Below the pieces are notes generated by a model that saw nothing but the letters and a program-made list of their open reading frames with translations, had not been told where the DNA came from and ran no database searches. The position numbers and the translations under genes are program-made. Positions 33,621-43,278 of a stretch of DNA of 64,000 nucleotides are shown here, in pieces. The first letter of the stretch is position 1; every line of letters begins with the position of its first letter. Source of the stretch: Candidatus Hydrogenedentota bacterium (GTDB lineage: Bacteria; Hydrogenedentota; Hydrogenedentia; Hydrogenedentales; SLHB01); NCBI GenBank assembly GCA_045863295.1, contig BTWA01000024.1:29608-93607 (forward strand), read 5' to 3'.

Positions 33621-34499
33621 TTATCGGGCCATCGCGCTGATTTCGTCCAGAATCGACAAGAGGGACTCAGCCTCCCCGCCAGCCGTTGCACCTTGAACGA
33701 ACCGAATGGAGAGGCTCACGAAAACACCGGCGATGCCATAACACAACGCCACCCCGTACAACGCAAGTCCCGCCTGATACACTTTCTTTAGCGTGCCCGG
33801 CCAACCCTTGCTCAGTGGCATGCCGGATAAGATTCCCAGCGGAACACAAATGGCCAACGCCCAGAACAACAACCCGCCGCTATCCTGCACAATCCAGTTC
33901 CAACGCGGATCCACGGAGAACGGCTGGCCGGAAAGCATCACGTACGACTTCGCAATGACCCAAATCACCAGCCACGAGGAAAGATGCAACACAATGGCCA
34001 CGGAAACAGCAAGGACAACCGCCATCGCAGGGCCAACCGGATTGATAGGCCCGATCGATTCGCGCGCCGCCGTGAAGTAGAAGTAAAAAAACGTGCCGAG
34101 ATAACCAATCAACAGCAAAGGAATCAAGGGAGGGATGAAACAAAGCAACACCACAAGCCCGCGCACAAACAACGGATTTACATCAAATTGCCCCGCCAGA
34201 CCCGCGCACACCCCGAGCCAAATGCGGTTGTCCCAATCCAGAAACGCCTTCGACAACGAACTCTGTCCGTTACGGCTCAAGATCGCCGCCGCATCCTCAG
34301 GCGTACCGTATTCCGAAAGCACCCCCTCCAATTCGTCCGGCGATGGGCCATCGACAAACCGTGCCAGATCACGGTTGATCCGGTCGTTCAGTTTTCGCAA
34401 CAGAGAATCGCGCTCCTCCCGCGGCATTGGCGGAATAAAGTCGCCAACGTCTCGAAGATAGTTGGATACGCGTTGTTGTACGTGTTTTGCAGTTTTCAT
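33621..34499 (-). CDS. PspC-domain membrane protein
   Basis: NRIWLGVCAGLAGQFDVNPLFVR PspC motif, preceded by YGTPEDAA and followed by TM helices. Confidence 0.75.
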   Translation of the reverse strand: MKTAKHVQQRVSNYLRDVGDFIPPMPREERDSLLRKLNDRINRDLARFVDGPSPDELEGVLSEYGTPEDAAAILSRNGQSSLSKAFLDWDNRIWLGVCAGLAGQFDVNPLFVRGLVVLLCFIPPLIPLLLIGYLGTFFYFYFTAARESIGPINPVGPAMAVVLAVSVAIVLHLSSWLVIWVIAKSYVMLSGQPFSVDPRWNWIVQDSGGLLFWALAICVPLGILSGMPLSKGWPGTLKKVYQAGLALYGVALCYGIAGVFVSLSIRFVQGATAGGEAESLLSILDEISAMAR

Positions 34500-34660
34500 G
34501 GCTGCCGATCAGGGTTGGGCAAGAGTATAGCGAATTGAAGGAGTTGGGGGAAGTCCAAGCGCGAACGGCTCACCCCGGCGTCCTCTCTCCAACCCAGCGT
34601 GAATGGGAGAGAGGACACCCGGGAGACATCAATGCCGGTCTCTAGATTCAAGCGCCGCAA

Positions 34661-35869
34661 TTACAGTGCGGCCACTTCTACTGAAATCCCATCAGGACGC
34701 GGCCGCTGCCCTGCCAATTCCGCCGGTCGTTGCCTGCATGTTGCTTCAATTACCCGCACGACCTCCTCCTGAGGTGCGGCACCGTGCCGATCTTCGGCCA
34801 GTCGAATCACCCTTTGATAGATCGCCTCCAACTGCTCCGCTGCCGGATCGAATCCAATCTGCCGGGCATAGTGATTCAGAGCATTCCTGCCCGACCGCGC
34901 CGTGAATACCAGGCGGTGACCCGGCACGCCGACTAGGCCAGGTGGGACAAACTCGTAGCTGGACGGATCCTTGATGATGCCGTCCTGGTGGATGCCGCTG
35001 CTGTGCGCGAATGCATTGGATCCCACAATGGGGCGATTCGGTTGCACCGGTACGCTCGTCACCGCGGCAACGTGAGCGCTCAGTTCGGCTATATGCTCCA
35101 ACCGCAATCCCATCGCGGCCACCTGTTTCAAGTGAACCGCAACGCCAACCTCCTCAATAGAGGCATTGCCCGCACGCTCGCCAATCCCATTCACCGTAAC
35201 CTCCACTTGCCGCGCACCCGCACGTATTGCAGCGATACTATTTGCCGTGGCAAACCCCATATCGTTGTGGCAATGCGCGGAAACCAGGACGCTCCGGTCC
35301 ACGAAATGCACCATATCCGCAATCATCGCCGCATATTCCTCCGGCAGCGCAAAGCCCACCGTATCCGGCAGATTGATACGCGTGGCCCCGGCCAGAATGG
35401 CGGTCTCCACGCACTGCCGCAAGAAAGGCCGTTCCGCGCGGGTAGCATCTTCCGCACTGAATTGAACCGCCGCCACCCGATTTCGCGCTGCGCGAACCGA
35501 CCGGTCAATGGCCCGTATGGCCTCGGCCCGCGTCATTCGCAATTTTCGAGTCAGGTGGATATCCGATGCACCCAAAAAAACGTGAACCACCGGGTATTGG
35601 GCTTCCCGCAGGGAATCCGCCGCAGCCTCCACGTCGGCCTCCACGCAACGCGCCATCGCGGCCACTTCACAGTGCCGTACAGCCTTGGCCACCAGCCGCG
35701 CGGCCTCCGCATCGCCTGGCGACGAAATGGGAAACCCCGCCTCAATGGTGGACACGCCGAACGCTTCCAGCCGCCGAGCTATCTCAACCTTTTCCAACGG
35801 CGTGATATGGACCCCCGGCGTCTGCTCGCCGTCGCGCAGGGTGGTGTCGAAAACGCGTACTGTATTCAC
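34661..35869 (-). CDS. leuA: 2-isopropylmalate synthase, short form without the C-terminal regulatory domain
   Basis: FDTTLRDGEQ, HCHNDMG, GIGERAGN and HSSGIHQDG motifs; 402 aa; Leu-rich leader peptide upstream. Confidence 0.88.
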   Translation of the reverse strand: MNTVRVFDTTLRDGEQTPGVHITPLEKVEIARRLEAFGVSTIEAGFPISSPGDAEAARLVAKAVRHCEVAAMARCVEADVEAAADSLREAQYPVVHVFLGASDIHLTRKLRMTRAEAIRAIDRSVRAARNRVAAVQFSAEDATRAERPFLRQCVETAILAGATRINLPDTVGFALPEEYAAMIADMVHFVDRSVLVSAHCHNDMGFATANSIAAIRAGARQVEVTVNGIGERAGNASIEEVGVAVHLKQVAAMGLRLEHIAELSAHVAAVTSVPVQPNRPIVGSNAFAHSSGIHQDGIIKDPSSYEFVPPGLVGVPGHRLVFTARSGRNALNHYARQIGFDPAAEQLEAIYQRVIRLAEDRHGAAPQEEVVRVIEATCRQRPAELAGQRPRPDGISVEVAAL

Positions 35870-36052
35870 AATGTGACTCCTTCAATGATCGACCCGCTTC
35901 CGGGCCGGATTTTCGTTTGTTCCGGTACAACGCAATTAGCCGCTGGCTACCGGCCCTAAGGGCCGGGTCCCCGCGATCGAGACCACTGAGTCCCGCGTCC
36001 ATGGACACCACCTCCTTTCGCGAATGGCGGCTACCCGTGCCGCCGGTTAGAC

Positions 36053-36091
36053 AAAAAAAACGAGGCCGAGGGCTGAGCCCTCGGCCTCGTT
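36053..36091 (-). terminator. Attenuator terminator upstream of leuA
   Basis: Minus strand AACGAGGCCGAGGGC-TCA-GCCCTCGGCCTCG followed by T8. Confidence 0.9.
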
Positions 36092-36118
36092 CGTCAAACC
36101 CTATTGGGTAATATCAGT

Positions 36119-36208
36119 CTAAAGGGTAATTCGAGGCATATCGGGCCCGCGTTCCTCCACAAGGAGGAGTGGGAGTCGCAGCCCGAGAATTTGCTTCGAA
36201 TTACACAT
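36119..36208 (-). CDS. Leucine leader peptide (29 aa, MCNSKQILGLRLPLLLVEERGPDMPRITL)
   Basis: Translated by hand; six Leu codons within nine positions; ends 27 nt before the terminator. Confidence 0.8.
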   Translation of the reverse strand: MCNSKQILGLRLPLLLVEERGPDMPRITL

Positions 36209-36230
36209 AATCGCCTCTAATAACCTCCAT

Positions 36231-36260
36231 ATCCTAACACTGGTGGCAAGGAAATTGCAA
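36231..36260 (-). promoter_or_regulatory. Putative sigma70 promoter of the leu leader
   Basis: TTGCAA-N18-TAGGAT with a TGn extended -10. Confidence 0.5.
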
Positions 36261-36305
36261 CTGGCCCATCCCTGCCTTCACCGCTCCGAGCGATGCGAAT
36301 AGCCC

Positions 36306-36442
36306 GCATTTTGCACCACGCTTAAATCGTGCGTGGAAGACTTAAGTACGGTCTCCGTGGACGACTGAAGTACAGTCTCTGTGGAAGACTGAAGTACAGT
36401 CTCCGTGGAAGACTGAAGTACAGTCTCCGTGGTGCAAAATGC
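36306..36442. repeat. Four tandem 24-bp hairpin units enclosed by a 15-bp inverted repeat
   Basis: Unit CGTGGAAGACTGAAGTACAGTCTC at 36332, 36356, 36380 and 36404; GCATTTTGCACCACG (36306-20) pairs with CGTGGTGCAAAATGC (36428-42). Confidence 0.92.
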
Positions 36443-36703
36443 TCACACAGAATTCCTTAAGCTTGAAACGCTGAGGATATTTCACCTGCATACTGTAAGT
36501 GCGCCAGTTTTGGTAACAGGCCGGTTGAATTGTTGGTACACAGTTAATTGGACAAAGTCGTGAAATATCCGGGATAGTGCGCCATAAGCGATTCTCGCGT
36601 GGCGAGTTAGGATTGAAATTGGTGTCCTTGTGTGGTAGCATCCATCGGGTTTGTGCGGGTCAACGAAGTTTAAAACCAATCCACAGGAAGAGAGGCGGCG
36701 CCC

Positions 36704-37255
36704 ATGGCCCCGAACAAGAAACTGCTCAAGCTTATCGAGCTTCTGGACCGTAGCATTCAGCTTTGCCGTGAGTTCATGAACGATTGGCTCCTGTTCAACC
36801 AGATTCTGAGTGCCTATCCCAGCCCGGGTGTGAACAAGGCCCAACTTGAGAATCAATTTCTCAAGATAAAGAGCAAACTGGCGCGCGAACACCAAGTGCT
36901 CAAAGAGTGCCTCGGTGGTGATTACAAATTCGACCCCAACACGATGAACATCGTCTCCAGCGCCACAAATTTGGAAAGCATCTATTCGCAATCCGAAGTC
37001 GCCATCAAAAAATTGCAGAACGAATGGCACCGCGCTTTCATCTCCATCAACGAGACCTTGGGCGGATTGGAAGACAAGCGCGCGCGGGTGGAAGCCGGCG
37101 AGATGGTGTATTTTGGCGATATCCAGCCGGGACCCGCGAAGGGCGGCAATAAAAAGAATACGCAAACGCTCATCGTTGTCATTTTGGTTATCGCAGGTGT
37201 TGCTGCCTTTGGCTGGTACTTCCAGGACAGTTACAGGGACATACTGGGTTTATAA
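36704..37255 (+). CDS. Hypothetical protein with C-terminal TM anchor
   Basis: GAGG RBS, helical ORF, hydrophobic C-terminus. Confidence 0.7.
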   Translation: MAPNKKLLKLIELLDRSIQLCREFMNDWLLFNQILSAYPSPGVNKAQLENQFLKIKSKLAREHQVLKECLGGDYKFDPNTMNIVSSATNLESIYSQSEVAIKKLQNEWHRAFISINETLGGLEDKRARVEAGEMVYFGDIQPGPAKGGNKKNTQTLIVVILVIAGVAAFGWYFQDSYRDILGL

Positions 37256-37329
37256 ACCGTATATCCTGTGCAATCATATCGAGTATTGAACCGGAAAGCG
37301 CGGCGTGAACCGATGGAAAGGGAACACCG

Positions 37330-37734
37330 GTGACCAAACGCGAACTCGTCATCGAAGTAGCGGAGCGGTTGGGGTATACCCAGAATGAAGTGTCTGCGTG
37401 TATTCAAACAACGCTCGACACCATTGTCGACTGTCTCTCCGAAGGACAGCGGCTCGAAATACGGAACTTCGGCGTTTTTGAAGTAAAGGAAAGGGACGCC
37501 CGCATGGGACGCAACCCGCGCACCGGCGAGGAAGTCCCCATTTCGGAAAAACGCGTCGCCACCTTTAAGCCGGGCAAGGCATTAAAGGAATGGGTGCAAA
37601 GCGGTGTCGCCCCGGTGGACCTGCACGAAGACGATGCTCACTATCCCGATGGCTCCGGCGCGTCGTCCGCCGAAGGTTCGCCCCAGACCCCGCACGCGTC
37701 CAGTCCGGATGGCCGGACCGGGGAATTGTTTTGA
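37330..37734 (+). CDS. HU/IHF family DNA-binding protein with an acidic C-terminal tail
   Basis: MTKRELV...LEIRNFGVFEVKERDARMGRNPRTGEEVPI...FKPGKALKE. Confidence 0.93.
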   Translation: MTKRELVIEVAERLGYTQNEVSACIQTTLDTIVDCLSEGQRLEIRNFGVFEVKERDARMGRNPRTGEEVPISEKRVATFKPGKALKEWVQSGVAPVDLHEDDAHYPDGSGASSAEGSPQTPHASSPDGRTGELF

Positions 37735-37823
37735 TAAACTAGCATGTGCACCGGACGCCCATGTTGTGGCCAAATCGATGTTGGTCCGATTTGGCCTGAT
37801 CGGGCATCAGGTGGAAGTATCCC

Positions 37824-38942
37824 ATGGCCGTGACAAGCCCCACAGAACCGCCTCAAATTGCCTGGAAAAACCGGCGCAAGGAAGATCCCGAAGCCCGAAT
37901 GACGTTCATTGAGCATTTGGGAGAGCTTCGTGCCCGCATCGTGCGCATCGGCATTGCCATCCTTGTCGGTACGGTCATCGCCTACGTTTTCTACGATTGG
38001 ATTTTCTACGTCGTCACTCAGCCCTTGATGCCCGTACAGGCCCATCGCGAAAAGCTCGAGGAACAATACGGCGCGCCCGCACCAGGGGTGGCCGGTAATT
38101 GGACTATCGTGGCCCCAATCGGAAATTTTACCGCCCGGCAGGCCACTCCGGAAGACCTTGCCAAGGCGGGAGTGACCGCGATAACGCCGGGGACGGCCCC
38201 GTCACCCGACACGGCGGATCAGACCGCGACGCCCGCTGAGTCCACCCCCCCAAATTCGGAAGCCATTCCGGCCGCGCCCAATCCATACTACGTTTGGGAA
38301 TTTCCGAAAGACGGATTTCAGGGGCTCCTGGTAAGGCCAGTCGAGACGGAGGAAGAGGAAGGCATGAAATGGGTCATGCAGAATCCCCTGGAAGGATTCA
38401 TGACCCAGTTCAAACTCGCGGTCCTGTTTGGAATTGTATTCGCCTCGCCGTACATCGTCTACCAGATTTGTGCATTTATCTTCCCAGGGCTGACCAGCGG
38501 CGAACGCTCGGTGGCCATGTTTCTGCTGATGGGGTCCAGCTCGCTGTCGCTCGCAGGTGTCACCGTGGTGTACTTCTTCATATTTCCAAACATCTTGCCC
38601 TTCCTGCTGGCGTGGACGCCTCCAGGTGTTTTCCTTCAATTGCGCGTGAACGAAACCATTCCATTCATTCTTAAGAGCATTCTCGGTTTTGCCGTGGCGT
38701 TTCAGTTTCCCATGGTGGTGCTTCTACTGGTCTATTTGGACTTGCTGACCACGGAAGTACTGAAAAAGCAGCGCCGTGTCGCTATCGTGATCATTTTTAT
38801 CGCCGCGGCTATTTTGACTCCCGGCGCGGATCCCGGGTCCATGCTCATGATGGCGTTGCCGCTCATGCTCCTGTACGAAGTGAGCATCTGGCTCTCGTAT
38901 TTCGTGATCAAGCGCAGGGATCGAAAAAAGCAAAATGCCTGA
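37824..38942 (+). CDS. tatC: Twin-arginine translocase subunit TatC
   Basis: MTFIEHLGELRARI, YQICAFIFPGL, FQFP, AAILTPGADP and LLYEVSI motifs. Confidence 0.95.
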   Translation: MAVTSPTEPPQIAWKNRRKEDPEARMTFIEHLGELRARIVRIGIAILVGTVIAYVFYDWIFYVVTQPLMPVQAHREKLEEQYGAPAPGVAGNWTIVAPIGNFTARQATPEDLAKAGVTAITPGTAPSPDTADQTATPAESTPPNSEAIPAAPNPYYVWEFPKDGFQGLLVRPVETEEEEGMKWVMQNPLEGFMTQFKLAVLFGIVFASPYIVYQICAFIFPGLTSGERSVAMFLLMGSSSLSLAGVTVVYFFIFPNILPFLLAWTPPGVFLQLRVNETIPFILKSILGFAVAFQFPMVVLLLVYLDLLTTEVLKKQRRVAIVIIFIAAAILTPGADPGSMLMMALPLMLLYEVSIWLSYFVIKRRDRKKQNA

Positions 38943-39013
38943 ATGCCGAAAATACACCATCGCGTGCCGGTGCCCGCATTGTTATTCCTGCCGAACGCAG
39001 GGAGTATGCAATC

Positions 39014-39541
39014 ATGTTTAGTAGTATAGGACCGCTCGAAATCCTCGTAATCGCCGGAATTGCCCTCGTCGTTCTGGGACCAGAAAAATTTCCCACGCAG
39101 GCCAAGATCGCCATGCGCATGTTCCGCGATATACAAGGATACTGGAACGAGGCCAAACGAGAATTGACGGAAGAACTGAAGCCCGTCCGAAAAGAAATGG
39201 ACCAGATAAAACGACTGCGGCCGGAAGAATACCTGGACAAAATGATCGCTTCGGATGAAGACGACGCCAAATCAAACGGACAAAACGGCCAAACCTCGGC
39301 CAACGGTTCGCCCGGCGAAGGATCCGCAAACGCCGCGCCCGCCTCGGGTGCCGTCAATGTCGAAGTGGCTGAAGGGTCGGTGCCGTTCGGCACCTCGGAA
39401 GACACGGATATCGGCGTGCAGCCCACCGGCCGCTCCACCGAATCCACTTGGGATCGAAAAGACGATTCTTCGCCTCTACCCGAAAGCGCCGAAACCAAAA
39501 ACGAAGACTACGTCGAAAAACCGCAACGTTGGGACGACTGA
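39014..39541 (+). CDS. tatB: TatA/TatB family subunit (TatB-like)
   Basis: MFSSIGPLEILVIAGIALVVLGPEKFP plus a long acidic tail. Confidence 0.8.
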   Translation: MFSSIGPLEILVIAGIALVVLGPEKFPTQAKIAMRMFRDIQGYWNEAKRELTEELKPVRKEMDQIKRLRPEEYLDKMIASDEDDAKSNGQNGQTSANGSPGEGSANAAPASGAVNVEVAEGSVPFGTSEDTDIGVQPTGRSTESTWDRKDDSSPLPESAETKNEDYVEKPQRWDD

Positions 39542-40768
39542 TCAACGCGTCAGCTTATAGATATGCACCCCAAAGGCATCCCATTCGTCGGTAATGCCGC
39601 CTTCACGTACAGCAATGGTCCGCTCTTCGTGCAACACTTCGGCTTTCGCCCAACCTTTCAATCCGGCCAGAGTTGCTTTACACGGATAGCGATCCGCATT
39701 GCAGGTGAAAACATACAATGCGCCGTCGTACTCCTTCGCAATCCATTGCACCCCGTCATCCACCGAATGCCCGGTCTCATGGTAGTCCACCGTCACCGCG
39801 ATTCCTGAAGAACGTTGCGCAAGTACCGCCCCAAGACCGGCCACCTCACTGACCGTTTTCTTCAGGTCGCTCCAAGCCTCGGACGGCTGCGGCGTAAAGT
39901 ATGTACCCCAATAGACAATGCCATTGGCCCCCTTGATGACAGACTGAAATGCCATGAATCGATGCTGTGCAAACGTCGGATACAGGATTTTCGCCGGGTC
40001 CCGCTTCCCCTCTTCCTGTAACATCTCCCATGCGAATCCCTGCAGTACCATGAATAATGGACGTCCCGGCCCAGTAACCCGCCGCATCTTGTCCACATAC
40101 TCGCCGACTTGGCCAATCGTCAGATTGTTCAAATCCCCCTGATGACCATCCTCAAACAGTGCATACTGATGCTTCAATCCGCCGGGATTCACCGGATAAA
40201 TGTCCATCGCAACAATATCGGTGCCAGCATTATAGGCCTGCATCGTTTTTACAAGATTCGTGGGTGCGTGATTCGTGTAAAGCAGGTGATCAGGATCAAT
40301 CTCCTTGATGATCGGATACGCTTCGACTAACGCCTCCGCCGGGATACGCTGTTCCGGCTTCATCCATGTCCACGCCGGTTCATCCACGGTTTCGAGGAAG
40401 GCAAGCGAAGGATGGTCTTTCACCGCCGCTACCGCTTCTTTCAGTTTGGCCGCACTCCCTTCGCGATCGGCCAGATCCAGCGTGCCCACCGGACGCCACG
40501 TCATCAGCCCGGCCGCGTGCGCCATATCCATGGCTTCCGTCGATCCCGCCAACACCAGATTGAAACCCGCCTCAGCGGCCTCTGCATACAGTTCGGGCGC
40601 CGGACCCTTTGCGGTCGAGTTATTTCCCACATAATACGAACCAACGATGAATGTTCGCGTGCCGTTCACTGTCACCATGCCATCGTCGTCAAAGGCCGTT
40701 ACATACTGCGCGTGAACGGCCGAGGTCACGCCAAGGCACACAAGAATCGCGCGTGCACTCGCTCGCAT
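39542..40768 (-). CDS. Secreted putative glycoside hydrolase (TIM-barrel, family uncertain)
   Basis: Signal peptide; KDHPSL...DEP, DPDH, DIYP, MVLQGF and GANGIVYW motifs. Confidence 0.55.
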   Translation of the reverse strand: MRASARAILVCLGVTSAVHAQYVTAFDDDGMVTVNGTRTFIVGSYYVGNNSTAKGPAPELYAEAAEAGFNLVLAGSTEAMDMAHAAGLMTWRPVGTLDLADREGSAAKLKEAVAAVKDHPSLAFLETVDEPAWTWMKPEQRIPAEALVEAYPIIKEIDPDHLLYTNHAPTNLVKTMQAYNAGTDIVAMDIYPVNPGGLKHQYALFEDGHQGDLNNLTIGQVGEYVDKMRRVTGPGRPLFMVLQGFAWEMLQEEGKRDPAKILYPTFAQHRFMAFQSVIKGANGIVYWGTYFTPQPSEAWSDLKKTVSEVAGLGAVLAQRSSGIAVTVDYHETGHSVDDGVQWIAKEYDGALYVFTCNADRYPCKATLAGLKGWAKAEVLHEERTIAVREGGITDEWDAFGVHIYKLTR

Positions 40769-40796
40769 TCCAGTTACTCCTGATTTGGATTCGCAA

Positions 40797-41336
40797 CTAC
40801 TTGATCAATGGGAGAATTCGCTTGAACTCGGGGGTACCCGCCTCGCGCAACATTTCGAACACTGCCATTTCTGTAGTGACAAGTGTGACCCCCGCATCGC
40901 GCATGCGCGCAAGGCCGGCCTCGTGTTCGGATGTCGCACGTGACCCCACCGCGTCCATCGGCACAAACACGTCCAACCCAAGTGCGCGCGCGCCAAGGGC
41001 GGTTTGCAGGACGCACACATGCGTTTCCACACCGGTCAACAGAACCTGTGTGCGTCCGGTCGCACGCAATGCGTCAGCGAAGGAAGCGTCGCCCAAACAT
41101 CCAAACGACGTCTTCGCCATCGGAGCGCACGATCCCAACAATCCGGCAATGGGTCCAACCGTATGCCCCAGGCCTTTCGGATATTGCTCCGTACAAAGAA
41201 TCGGTAGGCCCAGTTCCAAAGCACAGCGAATAAGCGTGGACGCGCGCGCAATAACGTCATCCGCGGCATGAATGGACGGAATCAACTTCTCTTGAAAATC
41301 GATTACGGTCAATACAGTCTTCGATCTTTCCAGCAT
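40797..41336 (-). CDS. Isochorismatase-family hydrolase
   Basis: VIDFQEKL, TEQYPKGLG, KTSFGC and GVETHVCVLQT motifs. Confidence 0.92.
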   Translation of the reverse strand: MLERSKTVLTVIDFQEKLIPSIHAADDVIARASTLIRCALELGLPILCTEQYPKGLGHTVGPIAGLLGSCAPMAKTSFGCLGDASFADALRATGRTQVLLTGVETHVCVLQTALGARALGLDVFVPMDAVGSRATSEHEAGLARMRDAGVTLVTTEMAVFEMLREAGTPEFKRILPLIK

Positions 41337-41393
41337 GAGGCCTCACAGTTCTAGATGTTGCCGCCCTGCGCAAAGTTCAACGCGAGACAGCCG

Positions 41394-41864
41394 TTAGCCT
41401 CGCTTCCGGCCCGGCTTCTTCGCCGTCGCAATCTCGTTCAGGCGCGCGCGCGCTTGTTTCGCCCCAAAATCCTTGACTTCCGCAAATATTCTCCGGGTCG
41501 AATTGCGCAATCGCAGTTGCCCGTTCTTACGCTCCCACTGATACACCGATTGGCCGCTCACGCCAATCAAGCGGCCAAATTCCGATTGCGTCAACCCCAT
41601 TCTGGAGCGCACATTCTTGATTGTAGTGGACGATATGCGCAAACGGCCCCCAGGCTTTGCCTCATCCGCAAATTGCGGCTCCGGCGCACCCATTCGCCGT
41701 AATCGGCCGCTCTGCTTTTCCAGCGCAGCTATCCGCCGCTTCTGCTGCACCAACGACCGGCGAAGTTCCGAATTGGCGCGAATAAGTTTTGCGGTTGCTT
41801 CTTTCAGTTCCTTGCGGGCTACGCGGCGGATTTCTTCCTTGAGCAGCTTGGCGATATTAGGCAC
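41394..41864 (-). CDS. XRE-family HTH protein with an N-terminal coiled coil
   Basis: GTG start giving MPNIAKLLKEEIRRVARKE; RSRMGLTQSEFGRLIGVSGQSVYQWE HTH. Confidence 0.85.
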   Translation of the reverse strand: MPNIAKLLKEEIRRVARKELKEATAKLIRANSELRRSLVQQKRRIAALEKQSGRLRRMGAPEPQFADEAKPGGRLRISSTTIKNVRSRMGLTQSEFGRLIGVSGQSVYQWERKNGQLRLRNSTRRIFAEVKDFGAKQARARLNEIATAKKPGRKRG

Positions 41865-42141
41865 GGCAGTCTCTCCCCTCACGCGGAAATGGGGACGGCT
41901 CTTCCTCCGTGCCCGTGCCGCGTGCTTCGACGCTTTGCGTCGCCGGCGAACGTGTATGCACTGAACAGCAGTGCTTTTCCCCCGGTATGCGCTCTTGCGG
42001 ATTTTGATCCAATGCGCGAGTGCAGTTCGCTCGATCGACGTGCAAACATTCGGTCTAAGTTTACAAAACTCCAGCGATGGGCGCAAAATCTCGAACTTCG
42101 GGATGTCGCAAGGCGGAGTTAAAGTGGGGGATGCCGCGCTT

Positions 42142-43173
42142 CTACGATTTGGCGTCCGCCGGCGCCCCATCCGAAGAAGGCTTGTCCGGGTTGATCTCCA
42201 TCCGGTCGTACATCCGTTTCATCGACCAGATTTCTGTCGTGAACGCTTCCGCAGCCTCTTCGTCTACTTTCGCAAGGCCTCGGCAAATTTCAAATGCCTT
42301 GTCGAAATTGCGCAATTCCAGGCAGACGTACATCCACAACAACATGACGTCGTGATTCTCCGGCTCGTTGCGCGCACAATCCTTCAATACACGATCCGCC
42401 TCTGCGTACGATCCCTGATCGTACAGTTTCACGGCACGCCGGAAACCACGCGGTTGCTCAAACGACACCAGCCACTCGAAGCCATAACGGCCAAGATGAA
42501 ACAGCGGGGGCAAGACCACAAACAAGTTCAATAGCGGCCAGCCATAATATTGCGCAAGGATAGTAACCGGAAAATAGAGAACCGCGGAAAGAAGCAACCC
42601 CTTGGCCAGCACCGCTCGCAACGGACGCAACCGGTACCACGTGTGGCTCGTTTGGATGGGATAAGGCGCCACATCGTCAATGCGATCGTGAATTGTCTTT
42701 AATTTGGCCAGCAACGCCGTCAACCGCTGATCCGACACCGGATCGTGCCAAAACTCAATCTGCATGTTCTGCGGCTCGGAATCCACGCTCAGGAGCGTTG
42801 TCGGCCTGCGGCGCAGAAAGGCAATACAACACGCGACAAATCCTGCCAACGATACCGCCGTGGGCGCGCCAAGCGCATACGCTATCCAGCGAAACGAGTG
42901 TTCCGCCTCAACGGCAATCGATGCCAGCGTTCCACTCGTAAGGAACACCGCGAGACACACAACCCCACCCAACAACCATTGCGAATGGTAGCGCAACCGC
43001 CGCGACACCGAAACCCATTCTATCGGGATGAATACGGACGCGCTTCCCATCCATCCGGTTTCATGATAAATGAGAACCGTGCCTTTTAACTCCAGCCACG
43101 CCTTGCGAGGACCGCTCAGGCGACGGATGGGTACTTTCCACGAACTGGTCGTATCCATTATCATCTCGTACAA
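42142..43173 (-). CDS. Membrane protein with a C-terminal TPR-like region
   Basis: Four hydrophobic segments; LYDQGSYAEADRVL...EPEN TPR-like helices. Confidence 0.6.
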   Translation of the reverse strand: MYEMIMDTTSSWKVPIRRLSGPRKAWLELKGTVLIYHETGWMGSASVFIPIEWVSVSRRLRYHSQWLLGGVVCLAVFLTSGTLASIAVEAEHSFRWIAYALGAPTAVSLAGFVACCIAFLRRRPTTLLSVDSEPQNMQIEFWHDPVSDQRLTALLAKLKTIHDRIDDVAPYPIQTSHTWYRLRPLRAVLAKGLLLSAVLYFPVTILAQYYGWPLLNLFVVLPPLFHLGRYGFEWLVSFEQPRGFRRAVKLYDQGSYAEADRVLKDCARNEPENHDVMLLWMYVCLELRNFDKAFEICRGLAKVDEEAAEAFTTEIWSMKRMYDRMEINPDKPSSDGAPADAKS

Positions 43174-43278
43174 TAAGGTTCGGGTGTACGACCCACCTTA
43201 ACACAAGCGGCCGAATCGATTCACGAGCCCGGCCCAAGCGCGGGCTCAATTCGTCCGGCCAGTCGGAGGTTCAGTCAC

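Noticed and set aside
36307..36317. CATTTTGCACC in the hairpin element matches 11 nt of the CRISPR repeat (possible second anti-repeat or scaRNA)
   Set aside because: About one 11-mer match between a 37-nt repeat and 64 kb on two strands is expected by chance, and there is no complementarity to the essential 5' part of the repeat.
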